A stretch of 64,000 bases of DNA, taken from the NCBI RefSeq assembly GCF_006345805.1, contig NC_042998.1:163246001-163310000 (forward strand), given 5' to 3'. The position numbers were made by a program, and so were the translations under genes. Shown here piece after piece: positions 24,660-37,732 of this stretch. This stretch comes from Octopus sinensis. Taxonomy: Eukaryota. The notes under the pieces were generated by a model. The model did not search any database, was not told the origin of the DNA, and was given only the letters and a program-made list of their open reading frames with translations. The number at the start of each line of letters is the position of its first letter. Position 1 is the first letter of the stretch.

Positions 24660-24968
24660 TTTCAAATTTTGGTACAAGGCCAGCAATTACATTATCCCCA
24701 GTGCTCAACTGGTACTTATTTTATTGACCCAGAAAGAATGAAAGGAAAAGCCAACCCTGGCAGAATTTGAACTCATAACAAAATTATAGATGAAATGGTG
24801 CTAAGAATTTCACCCTATGTGCTAACGATTCTGCGATCTCTCCACCTTCTCTTCTTTGAAAGGCAAAGTCAACTTCAGCAGAATTTGAACTCAGAGTAGA
24901 AAGATGGTTGAAATTCTGCCACTAAGAATTTGGTCCATCTTGCTAACAATTCTGCCAGCTTGCCACCT
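24660..24968 (-). mobile_element. Two adjacent SINE family 2 fragments
   Basis: ggcagaatttgaactca and gctaacaattctgccagc motifs each occur twice. Confidence 0.7.
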
Positions 24969-25050
24969 TTGGCAGTGTTATAACAATGCCATTTGTTTTA
25001 TAATTAATTATTACCATCAATCAACATCATCATTAATGTCACTGCTGCTG

Positions 25051-25091
<41 letters not shown>

Positions 25092-25489
25092 GATACAGTT
25101 GTGGTTGTCATTCTTAATGTTCACAGTTCCTTAATTTTGTTCCTTTTTACTCAAATTCAATAAAACCTACATTAAATTCCTTGTTTTCACAAGCTCGTGT
25201 ATAATCCCACTCAACAAGGAAAACATTGTGTTGTGTGTTAATTGCTTTGTCACATATGGGAGATTTCCCATCTTTTGTTTACCATTATTAGAATCAATCA
25301 AAAACTTGGCCTTCATCATTACTCTTCACAACCTCCACAATTCTTATTTCTTTTTCTATGTTTACAGTTTTTCTATTTGGCTTTTATGCTTTTGTTGTTG
25401 TAATAGTTAGTGTTGTTCTTGTTGCCATGGTTGGTACTATTGGTGTTACAGTTGCTGATGTCACTACTATTGTTGTTGTTGTTGATCGT

Positions 25490-26260
25490 CTCCTTCTCTG
25501 AAATTTCCTTACTATTCTTCTTTTTCTTTTTCTTTTTCTTCTTCTTCTTCTTCTTCTTCTCCTTCTCCTCCTCCTCCTCCTCCTCCTCCTTCTTATTCTT
25601 CCTCCTCCTCCTCCTTCTTTTCTACCTCTTACTCCTCTTTCTTCTTCTCTTCCTCCTCCTCTTCACCCTTCTTCTCTTCCACCTCTAACTCCTCTTTCTT
25701 TTTCTTCTTCACCTTCTCTGAACCTTTCTTGCCTTCCTGCTCCTTCCTTTTCTTTTTATTCTTCTTTTTTCTCCTCCTCCTCCTCCTATTTTTCTTCTCC
25801 ATTTCTTCTCCTTCTTCTTTACTACATTGCTGTTGCTCTTCTTCACTCTTCTTTTTCTACTTCTTCCTTGCCATACATTTATTATTGTCATTCATTTCCA
25901 ACAATGGTGCACCTCACAAGAACAACAACCATCACCACCATCACCACCATCACCACCATTACCACCATTACCACTATGATCACCCTTAGTATCTCTAGAA
26001 GTAGTTGTAGTAGCACCATTACTCTCTCCACTACAACATCCACTACTACCATCATCATCATCATCACCACCATCACCTACACTTCCTGTTGTTTTCACCA
26101 TTTATTATTTCTTATCTTAATTTTTTCATTCTTTTCTTTTCTTGCTTTCTTTCTTTATTTCTTTCATTTTTTTTCTTTTTTGTTTTCTTTCCTTCCTTCT
26201 TTCATTTTCTTTTCCCAAACAATGTTTTCCTACTTATTTCATTGACAAGAATCTCACACA
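25490..26260. repeat. Pyrimidine-rich low-complexity tract ((CTT)/(CCT)/(ACC)n)
   Basis: Direct reading. Confidence 0.9.
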
Positions 26261-26689
26261 AACAAGAACCAAGGTAACCACTCAAAGGCAACTTGGCAAC
26301 TTTGGTCCACAGTCATTCCATCATATTTCAATGGTTTTTATTTATTTGTTTTCACGTCTTCCTTTCTTCTTTTCTTTTTTCTTTTTTACTCTTTTTGTCT
26401 TTTTGTTTAGTTTTCATTCTTTGGTCTTCTCTGCCAAAGCGCTTTCTAAATTGATATAATGAAGTTATTTTCACCCTCAGGACAGGCTTGCAGTCAATGG
26501 CATCAGTCTTTGAAACTCCCAAATGTCATCTTGAACTTTGGCCTTGGAATTCAAGAGATATAAGTGAGAAAACTTTCCAAAAGATTTCACTTTAGCTTTA
26601 GGCAAAAGAATTATTCCAGACATGAACATCTGGTCTGTCTTTTAACTAATGACTTGACTTAGGCTGGTTGTACAATTCACTAGTCCATC

Positions 26690-27123
26690 ATTGGCTCTGC
26701 CTCATTTTCTTTCATTTCTCCCTTGTTTCTTAACCCTGACTCAAATAATTTTACGTCTGTCCATCGGTCTGTCCATCTATCTTTTTGTCAGTCTCTCTCT
26801 GTATATCTGTCCCTCTCCATATCTCTCCCCCTCTTTCTTGCTCTTTCCCTCTCTCTGTTTTTGTCACTCTTTTTCTCTCTTTGTCTCCCTGATCACTCTG
26901 TCTCTCTCTTGATTCTCTTGATGTATGTAGCCATTTTTCAATCTACCTATCTATCCAAGTGTTTTGATCTATCTATCTATCTATCTATTCATCTCTCTAC
27001 TTACATTGTTTTACCATTCTATATACCTACATACCAATCTATATCTGCCTACTTACATACCAACCCATACTTCTACCAACCTACTTATCTATCTATTTGC
27101 CTCTTTGCCACTCTAGCTCTCAT

Positions 27124-27192
<69 letters not shown>

Positions 27193-27197
27193 GTCTG

Positions 27198-27281
<84 letters not shown>

Positions 27282-27598
27282 CCTACCTACCTACCTACCT
27301 ACCTACCTATCTATCTACCCATTTATCTTTCTATCTATTCTGTCCATCTATCTATCTCCCATTTTCTCTCTCTCTCTATCACTCTTTCTCTCTCTCCCTC
27401 TCTCCCCCTCTCTTTCTCTATCTTTCATTTTCTCACTCATTCTTTTCTCTTTCTCTCCCTCTCTCTCCCTTCTCTCTCTCTATCTATATATCTACCTCTC
27501 TAGCTCTCATTCTATCTATCTATCTTTATTTCTATCTATCTATCCATTTATCCATCTATATATCTATGTAGTTCTCATGTCTTGATCCCTTGCACACA

Positions 27599-27651
<53 letters not shown>

Positions 27652-27740
27652 CTCTCACACTCTCTCTCTTACTCTTTTTCTCCCTCTCTCTCTCACTCTC
27701 TCTCTCTCTCTCTCACACACACACATACACTTTTTTACAC
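26690..27740. repeat. (CT)n/(TCTA)n/(CTAC)n compound microsatellite
   Basis: Direct reading; main (TCTA)n at 27125-27310. Confidence 0.95.
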
Positions 27741-28069
27741 ATGCTCACCTTCTGTCTTTTAAACATCATTTATATTTGCTGAGTGCTTTTGAGGACCGAG
27801 TGTGACTATTGGTCAAAAGTTAAATAAAATATTAAACTATGAAGAAAAACAATGCCAAATGTGTCAAATTTTATCTCAACTTTTAGAAATTGTTCAGTGA
27901 CAGTGCAACACCAAAAATCATTTATCGCAGTTTTTTGTAAACATACTATTAAATTAAAACACAACCCTGTTGACCGTACACACATGTACATATGTATGTA
28001 TATGCCTATGTTATGTATTTACCTGTATAAATATATACATGCACGCTGACATCCATCCATACACAAATA

Positions 28070-28207
28070 TTTAATGCATGTCATATATATGTATATATAT
28101 ATATATATATACACACACATTTAAATATATATATATATGTGCATAAACATACATATATATACATGCATACACACACACACACATACTGTACATATACATA
28201 CATACAT

Positions 28208-28240
<33 letters not shown>

Positions 28241-28290
28241 CATGCACATATATATTTATGTATGTATATATATACACACACACGCACACA
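28070..28290. repeat. (TA)/(CA)/(ATAC) compound microsatellite
   Basis: Direct reading. Confidence 0.9.
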
Positions 28291-29064
28291 TGCAATAAAA
28301 CATTGTGTGTATAAAATTGCTTTGAGGCAGAAAAACATATTTAAAGATGTTTGTCCCTTTTGTCCATTCAGGACATCCCCCACCTCTCACTCTCTCACTC
28401 TCTCTCTCTCCCTCTCGCTCTCTTCACACGCACACAGCCACACACACTGTCTTGAACTATCCTCCCCTTCTCTCTCCTTCACTCCCACTCTGGTCATATA
28501 TGTACTTCATTCTTTATAAGGTCAACAGTTTCTTAATAAGAACACAAATTGTTTTCCTTATAATGGTAACACAGAAGGAAGTGAAATTCTATCTATAATG
28601 TGTGTTTGTGTGTGTGTATCTCTCAGCAATAAGTTGGTTAAATATATTTGGTTTGCAAACAGTGGCACAAAAGAAACATACAAAGCCTGACATCTTCCCT
28701 TGACACTAGTCCCCTTACTTTAGCCTGTATTTTGCTTGTTAAATCTTTTGGTTATCAATTGTTTTTGTGTGTGTAGATATGTACATATGATTATAGGCAC
28801 ATTTGTATGTCTGTATGTGTGTGTGTATATAGACATAAATATATGCTCATACACACACACGCACATATATATGAATACATATATAGATAGATAGATACAA
28901 ATATGTAGCTATCTATCTATCTATATATGTGTGTGTGTGGGCATGTGTGTATCTATTGATATATACACTATATATGTATAAATATATATGTGAATATGTA
29001 TTGCTAAGCATTTTGCATGATGTGCTAACAATTCTGCCAGCTCACTTCCTTCATTTCCCTTCAT

Positions 29065-29280
29065 ATTCTTTTCTACTCTAGGCACAAGGCCTGAAATTTT
29101 GGGAGAGGGGGACAGTCGGATAGATTGACCCCAGGACGCAACTAGCACTTAATTTATCGACCCTAAAAGGATGAAAGTCAAAGTCAACCTTGGCAGAATT
29201 TGAACTTAGAATCTAAAGACAGATGAAATGTCACTAAACATTTTGCCCGGCATGCTAATGTTTCTGCCAGCTCACCTATG
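29065..29280 (-). mobile_element. SINE family 2, full length
   Basis: Reverse complement of the consensus, tail ttctactctaggcacaaggcc. Confidence 0.85.
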
Positions 29281-29284
29281 TTGA

Positions 29285-29470
<186 letters not shown>

Positions 29471-29482
29471 TTTCCACATAAA

Positions 29483-30667
29483 CAGAGATGTAGACCACCT
29501 TGACCTAAAATGAAAACAAGGTGGTAGAGGCTTAACATCAATCCAAAATGCCTTTGAATATCACAACATATCCGTTCGGCAACATCTTTTAACCACAAAG
29601 TGTCAAAGTGCATCTCTTGACCAAGTTTGCATACATGAGGCTGATAACATCATAAGACTCTTTGTCTGATAACCTAGATTATTTGCCCAAAGAAGTCACA
29701 CAACACTACTGCAATGTATCATCAGATGAAAGAATGAGCTGATATAAGCAGAAGACTATGCATGGATATGTTAGTAGAAAGCTCCAAGATGATAGTAACA
29801 TCGATCATCAAAACAGTTAATCATGGACCAATAGCTGGATTACTACCTCCCACTTTGAAGGGTATGCATTTGCAATCCAGGAACAGGAAATATCAACCAA
29901 GTACCTAATGCACAAAAGGGATAGAGATGCAGGAAAATGTGACAATCAATGCAGACTTTGTGGAGTTCACACTAAAGATATCACACACATTATAAGCAGT
30001 TGTCCGAAAATGTCATCACAATATTATCTACTGATGAGACACGACATATAATGAAATCCATCGGAAGGATAATCCCGAGGACAAAGAAATAAGAACCCAC
30101 AATATAGTAAAAGCCATAGCCACGCATAATAAAAAAGAATGCTGGTGGAATCTCCCAGTGAAGACCTCAATAAAATGTAAGCACAACAGACCTGATATAA
30201 TGATTTGAGCTAGAGAAGAGAAACTGTGCACATTTGTTGAAATTAGCTGCCCAGTGGATGTTAACGTAAAGCTGAAGATCAGTGAAAAAGAGAATACCTA
30301 TACTGAACTATTGAGAAATTTGCAGTTACTCTATCTAGGTTAAAAGTTCAGATTTATACCTGTAATTATTAGGGCCTTGGGATATGTAACACACTACCTA
30401 AATACCAATCTTGAGAAATTAGGCTTCTCAAAACCAGAAAGGAGGAAGCTAATTCAAAGACTATGAATCCAATCCATCACTCAGAAGTTTATCATTTAAA
30501 TATATATGAGCATGCCTAGATGCAATTATATACATGAGAATACATACATAAAACATACAAATCTGCACATACATACATACATACATACATACATACATAC
30601 ATACATACATACATACATGCATGCATACATACATGCATGCATGCATGCATGCATGCATACATACATG

Positions 30668-30699
<32 letters not shown>

Positions 30700-30794
30700 C
30701 ATACATACATACAAGCAATAATACCCTGTTGTTGATGTTGAAATTCCATTGAAGGAACATTGGCAGGAAATCTTGAAATAAATTGAATAAATAA

Positions 30795-30795
<1 letters not shown>
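29483..30795 (+). mobile_element. RLE-clade LINE family 2, 5'-truncated: CCHC knuckle plus RLE domain and 3' UTR
   Basis: QGGRGL; YKQKTMHGY; FEGYAFAIQEQEISTKYL; CRLCGVHTKDITHIISSC...RHD; HNRPDIMI...FVEISCP...KISEKENTY; IPVIIRALG. Confidence 0.92.
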
Positions 30796-30831
<36 letters not shown>

Positions 30832-30842
30832 TACATACATAT

Positions 30843-31110
30843 AGGCACAGGTGTGTCTGTGTGGTAAGAAGTTTGCTTCTCAACTATATGATTCTGGGTT
30901 CAGCCCCACTGACTAGAACCTTGAGGAAGTGTCTTCTACTATAGCTTCAGGCTGACCAAAGTCCTGTGAGTGGCTTTGGTAGACTGAAACTGAAAGAAGT
31001 CCGTCATATATATACATATTTATGTATATGTGCGTGTGTGTATGTGTTTGTCCCGTCTTTATATTCAGCAAAAGAAACTGATAGAACATCCCATAACTTA
31101 GTGGTTCAGC
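30843..31110 (+). mobile_element. SINE family 1, partial
   Basis: ggcacaggtgtgtctgtgtggtaagaag head and body. Confidence 0.8.
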
Positions 31111-31135
31111 AAAAAAGGCTAATAGAATATATACA

Positions 31136-31168
<33 letters not shown>

Positions 31169-31169
31169 T

Positions 31170-31500
31170 CCCATATGTAACACATCACCTAAATACCAAT
31201 CTTCAGAAATTAGACTTCTCAAAACCAGAAAGGAGAAAGTTGATATGAAGACTACAGATCCAATCCATCACTGGAACTGTAAAAATCTTTAAAACTTTCC
31301 AAAAGTTTATCATTTAAGTATATATGAACATGAAGAGACATGCAACTTTATGCATGAGAAAACAAAACATACAAACCTGCACATATACATATATACAAAA
31401 GTGCTGTTGATGCTGAAATTCTAATGAAGGAGCCTTAGATCTTGGTTAGAAACCAGCTCTTTCTCTATTAGCAAGAAATCTTGAAATAAATTGAATAATG
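31170..31500 (+). mobile_element. Second, shorter copy of the RLE family 2 3' end, between (ATAC)n tracts
   Basis: Homologous to 30380-30790; (ATAC)n at 31132-31165 and 31502-31582. Confidence 0.88.
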
Positions 31501-31811
31501 ACATACATAAATACATACATGCATACATACATACATACATACATACATACATACATACATACATACATACATACATACATACAACCATCACTCAGTCAAT
31601 CACAGGTATTGATGTGGAGTGATGAAGTTCACTTCACAGCCAAGTTGTTTCAGACCTTGGTATTATCTACTTGATCACATTGTATAGCATCTGGGGCTGT
31701 CTCCTGCTATAGCTTCAGGCTGCCTTTTATGTCATGAGTGGAATCGATTAAAGGAAAACATTGAGGAAACCCATGGCATATACATGTGTATGTATGTGGC
31801 TTGGTACTCAC

Positions 31812-31848
31812 CAAAATTGATAAGATTATTTTTTGCGTCGAATGAATA
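31812..31848 (-). other. Candidate 37-nt exon
   Basis: Branch-like gctaac, acceptor atttgtgtttgcag, donor TTG-gtgagt; reads YSFDAKNNLINF, IHSTQKIILSIL or FIRRKK* depending on phase. Confidence 0.35.
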
Positions 31849-32364
31849 CTGCAAACACAAATGTTAGCACAAAAATATTTCATTTAATAATCCATTAGTT
31901 ACAACATTTTTTGCAAAAAGCTTCATTCTGTGATTTAAAATAGCAAAAGAATAGACTTTTTTGTATTCTGTACATAACAAATAATTCACAAAGCAAATGA
32001 CTAGGACCAACAACAAAATTGCACTCATATGATTCAATAAAAAAAATTGATAAATGTTTCATTGATTCATAGTTACACATATTGATACATTATTCAGCTA
32101 TTATTCTGAGAATGTGACAGAACTAACAAATATTTCAAATGGTTCCAATAAAATGTCTTCAAATAACAAAATAGCGGCACAAAACACTTTCAAAGAATTC
32201 ATGGATTCCATCGTGTATTCTGCTTTCCATTTTACTACAGTTGGCAAACTGGTTTGTCATTGATGAAAATCTGAAGATTTTAATAGGTTTTTTTTTTATA
32301 TTAAAGTAATTGTATTAAAATTAATGGTTACAAGCAGTAAATCTTTTTGTACCAGACTGGTAAT

Positions 32365-32403
32365 ATACATACCTACAAACATGCATATACATGCATGCAT
32401 GCA

Positions 32404-32437
<34 letters not shown>

Positions 32438-32503
32438 CATACATACATACATACATACATACATACATACATACATACATACATACATACATACATACAT
32501 ACA
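32365..32503. repeat. (ATAC)n microsatellite
   Basis: Direct reading. Confidence 0.97.
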
Positions 32504-32686
32504 TAATGCATGCAGATGTGCATGCACATATGTATATAACAAGCTTGATGGTGGCTTAGTTTGCTGGAACTTCAAAGTCACTGTCAATACTATTCTTGTT
32601 AAAGAATAGTTAATTTGTACCCTACAAAATGTATTAAGTAATCCTTCAATTTGAAGAAAAATTCTTTTTTATTATAACATAAAAGA

Positions 32687-32724
<38 letters not shown>

Positions 32725-32727
<3 letters not shown>

Positions 32728-33115
32728 TTATATATAAAAGTGAAGTTGTGTGTCTGTCTCCTATGATTTAGATTCCTAACTACTCTCACATTTTGTGATG
32801 CAGTGTAACCAAAAGCGGGTATCTTATAGTCGTGATTCATATCGAGCCCTTCTGGGTATTAGCGCGCGTCTACGATGAGTCTACGATTTTAAAAAATTTA
32901 CCATCATTTTTCCCCATTTTTAATGCATTTTTTGCTATTATATAAGGGAAGTAACTCTCTAAAATTGTATTATTAAATCTCAAGACGTAAAAAGCTACAG
33001 TAACATCCCCCTTTGTGGTTAGACATATTGAGATGGCTTTTATACTTTACATCTCTAAAAATGCTTATATAGTTATTTCCCTTACAAACCCGAGCAACGC
33101 CGGGTGATACTGCTA

Positions 33116-33116
<1 letters not shown>
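32725..33116 (+). mobile_element. Non-autonomous Helitron (copy A) inserted in (TA)n
   Basis: A|TC at 32724/32725, hairpin cccgagcaacgccggg at 33089-33104, CTAG|T at 33113-33117. Confidence 0.92.
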
Positions 33117-33859
<743 letters not shown>

Positions 33860-33865
<6 letters not shown>

Positions 33866-34365
33866 AAACTGTAGTTGTGTGAGTGTCTGTCCCCTTCGAT
33901 TTAGATTCCTAACTACTCCCACATTTTGCGGTGCAGTTTAACCAAATTCGGGTATCTTATAGTCGTGATTCATATCAAGCCTGTCTGAGTATTAGCGCGT
34001 GTCTACGATGAGTCTACGATTTTAAAAATAATTTAACATCATTTTTTATTCCATTTTAATGCATAATTTTTCGTGTGTCGATGGCGGCGGAGTTGGCGTC
34101 CATGGTCACACCTGCACCTGTTTGCTTCTCCCCCTTCTTCCCTCCCTCGTGAAGCTGTGGGGAAGGGAGTGTAAGGAAATCAACGTCGTAAAGCGTTGTC
34201 AAGGAGACCAGCGTTCTTTTAGAACAACGACTTCATGGCTTGAAGACACCAAAACAGAAATGGCTAAGAAAGCCCGAATTGGCATCTATAAGGGAAGTAA
34301 CTCTCTAAAAATGCTTATATAGTTATTTCCCTTACAAACCCGAGCAACGCCAGGCGATACTGCTA
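33860..34365 (+). mobile_element. Non-autonomous Helitron (copy B) with an extra GC-rich segment
   Basis: Colinear with copy A except about 210 bp extra at 34072-34280 and a ~110-bp loss between ctctaaaa repeats; 3' hairpin cccgagcaacgccagg. Confidence 0.9.
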
Positions 34366-34621
34366 TAGAAAATAAGTACTGGGGTTGATTCAATCAACCG
34401 AAAATCTGTCAAGGTGGTGTGCCAGCATGGTTCACAGTCTAATGACTGAAGCAAGTAAGAGTTAAAAGATATATCTAAATAAGAATATATTTATATATAT
34501 AGGTACTCTTTTGTTCATTCTTTCAATCTACATATTATGCAGCTTTGTTGTCTCAAATAATACGTAATTAATAGAGACATTTATTAAGGATTTAGTGCAA
34601 AAAAGAGAAAAAGAAACACTC

Positions 34622-34835
34622 CTCCTCATCATCATCATCGTTTAACGTCCACTTTCATTGCTGGCATGGGGTGGACAGTTTGACTGAGGATTGGCAAGCC
34701 AGTAGGCTGCACCAGGTTCCAATCTGATTTGGCAAGGTTTCTACACCTGGATGCTCTTCTTAATGCGAATCACTCTGAGAGTGTGGTGGGTGCATTTTAT
34801 GTGCCACCAGCATGGGAGCCAGTCAGCAGGCACTG
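34622..34835 (-). mobile_element. RTE 3' tail copy
   Basis: catcatcatcgtttaacgtcc plus the terminal block, reverse orientation. Confidence 0.85.
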
Positions 34836-35045
34836 GGATTGCTAGATCACGGGTTCAATTCCCAGACTAGGCAGTGCAGTGTGTTCTTGGGCAAAGCACT
34901 TCATTTTATGTTGCTCTAGTCCCCCTTTTGGTCAGGGGTAAATGTTGGTCTGCTCACCTAGGCAGTGGGATGGCATCAGTAGAAATTTGAAACAATGCAA
35001 AATGCACTGTGACCAGCAATGTGTAACATCAGTCACATGATTACA
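34835..35045 (+). mobile_element. SINE family 3 fragment
   Basis: ggttcaattcccagac B-box and gtgttcttgggcaaagcacttc body. Confidence 0.65.
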
Positions 35046-35574
35046 TATATTGCAGGCAGACAAAAATTGTTCCAGCAGTGGTGAGAGCACAAGATGCATT
35101 TTGGCCTTGTTATATATCTGTTGCGACAAATTTCATCTAAACATGTGGTTGGCTGTGAGTATGCTGCACTATTTAAAATGCCTAATTGATCATTCAACCT
35201 TTAGCATGGTAGAACAACTAATTCCAAACAGACCGGACTCACAGTACAGGTTGTAGTGCTCACCCTTTTGGTCACTGAATACAAAATGTTGCTCGTGAGA
35301 CCTCCATTCAGGTAATTTTCCCCGAGTCACCATCTCACCTTTGTATGCCAGTCCTTCACAAGGTTACTCATTTACAGCTGAGTAAACTGGAACGATGTGA
35401 AATTAAGTGTTTTGCCCAAGAACACAATTCACAGCCAGTCTTGGAATCAAAACTATGATCTCAGAATTATGAGTGCAACTTACAAAACACTTGGCCACTA
35501 CAGGTCCAACAGAGCAGAAATGCTCACCAGCCACTGCTAGGACAATTTTCATCTGCTTCCAATATTTTTTCTTC

Positions 35575-35970
35575 TATTCTTTTGCTTGCTTAACTCACTT
35601 GACTGCAGTCATGTAAGAGCACCACCGTGACCCCAGGAGTTATTTTTTAAGCCTAGTACTTATTCTATCAGTCTCTTTTGCCAAACTACTAATGTTACAA
35701 GGACGTATGCACACTGACACCAGTTGTCAAACAGTGATGGGGGATCAAACATAAACACAAAGACACACACACACACACACACTCACACACACACACACAC
35801 ACACATGCACACACGATGGGCTTCTTTCAGTTTCTGTCTACCAAATCCACTCACAAGGCTTAGGTCAGCTTGAGGCTATAGTAGAAGACTCTTGCCCAAG
35901 GTGCCATGCAGTGGGACTGAACCCAGAACCATGTGGGTGGAAAGCAAGTTCCTTACTACACAGCAACACA
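35575..35970 (-). mobile_element. SINE family 1, full length
   Basis: Reverse complement of the consensus with internal (CA)n. Confidence 0.85.
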
Positions 35971-36051
35971 AACATAGCACATCCATAAGACATTTTATCT
36001 CTCAGTGAATACTACAGTAAATTAGTCTATCATGATATATTTACATTAACT

Positions 36052-36440
36052 ACGATACATCAACATCCTTTAACATTCATTTTCCATGCTGGTATGGGTT
36101 GGACAGCTTAACCAGAGCTGAAGAGCTGCACCAGGCTTTCTGTCTGATTTGGTTTGGTTTTTACAGCTGGATGCCCTTTCCAATGCCAACCACTTTACAG
36201 TGTGTGCTGGCTGCTTTTAACATGGCACCAGCACGAATACGTTTGCATGGTGTCAGCATGAGTGCTTTTTACATGGCAGATGCATGGGGCTCTTGCAGGC
36301 AAATCCTCTTCCCCAGGAGTCGGAGTGGGAGAGGGGCTGACTTAATACTTCTGCTGCAGAGGATGGGTCTTCTTGAGTACAGTGCTGTGGAGGACAGGTT
36401 TTCTTGAGTAGAGTGCTCTGGAGGATGGGTCTTCTTGATA
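36052..36440 (-). mobile_element. Old RTE-type tail with a 31-bp minisatellite (about 3 units at 36355-36440)
   Basis: Terminal block reverse complement; repeated gaggatgggtcttcttgagtacagtgctgtg. Confidence 0.6.
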
Positions 36441-36845
36441 CATTGATGGAAATATGTGCCCCAGTATGACTGAAACAAGTAAAAGATGGATGATATATGC
36501 ACCAACTGCCTGGTTGAGGATAGCTTTTCAGATAGTGAGGATTGTGAAAAATGTTAGAACTAATTTGTTATAGAGATGTAGTTGTAATATGAAGACAATT
36601 TTATAAACTTTGGGAGGAGTACAAAGATAATGAGGTTGATATGGAGAACACTGATAAGAGTTTTGCTGTACAAGATTGGTTGTGATTACAGTACCAAGTG
36701 GGGTATAACAGGAGTTATATATTTATAAATGTATAAGCTTACACATTGAGACAAACAAATCTCATTTATCATCTAATGGAAGAAATGACCTGTGCCAGCA
36801 TATAGATAGATACAGTTTGTAAGTTAACAAAAGTAAACAAGAGAA

Positions 36846-37156
36846 AATAATAATTAATAAAAGTCTAGTAGTAAAGAAGTTATAGATATCCTGTACATTC
36901 CATCTAGGTTATAATAAAAGATAATATTACAATAAGGTTTAACATAGCATGCTTTTATAAACCAATACTAATAATAATAATGATAATAATAATAATAATA
37001 ATAATAATTAATAAAAGTCTAGTAGTAAAGAAGTTATAGATATCCTGTACATTCCATCTAGGTTATAATAAAAGATAATATTACAATAAGGTTTAACATA
37101 GCATGCTTTTATAAACCAATACTAATAATAATAATGATAATAATATAATAATAATA

Positions 37157-37170
<14 letters not shown>
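36846..37170. repeat. Tandem duplication, 154-bp period, bounded by (AAT)n
   Basis: Unique portions of the two copies read as identical. Confidence 0.95.
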
Positions 37171-37192
<22 letters not shown>

Positions 37193-37202
37193 TAATAATA
37201 AT

Positions 37203-37590
37203 CCTTTCTATAATAGGCACAAGGCCTGAAAGTTGGGGGAGGGGGATAGTCAATTACATCTACCCCAGTATTCAGCTGGTACTTAATTTATCAACCTTGA
37301 AAGAATGACTGGTAAAGTCAACATTGGCGGAATTTGAACTCAGAATTTGAAGATGGACAAAAAACCTCCAAGCATTTTGCCTGGCATGCTAACAATTCTG
37401 CCAACTCACAGCCTTAACAATAATCATAATGGTTTTAAATTTTGCCATAAATGCAGTGATTTGTGGGGAGGGGATGAGTCAATTATATCGACCCCAGTGT
37501 TCAACTGGTATTTATCCAAAAGGTTGAAAGACAAAATCGATCTTGGTGGAATTTTAACACAGAATATAAGGACAGGCAAAATGCTGCTAA
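37203..37590 (-). mobile_element. Two SINE family 2 copies with (ATT)n tail
   Basis: Reverse-complement consensus twice (37203-37415, 37420-37590). Confidence 0.8.
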
Positions 37591-37732
37591 AATGAGCACA
37601 TCATTGTATTTATACTAGGTATAAATGAATTTAAAATTACAAATATTATTTATTAAAATGGTCTAATAAAATTTTATAACTACCCATTCTATCATTTAGG
37701 CAAAAAATTTGACTTACATAGATTTTAAGATT

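Noticed and set aside
30380-31500. Segmental duplication
   Set aside because: The copies differ by many substitutions and indels and both end at the LINE 3' terminus; better explained as two independent insertions.
35529-35555. Minus-strand MKIVLAVA|gtgagc signal-peptide start
   Set aside because: Purine-rich upstream sequence belongs to a SINE tail; only 8 codons; consistent with chance.
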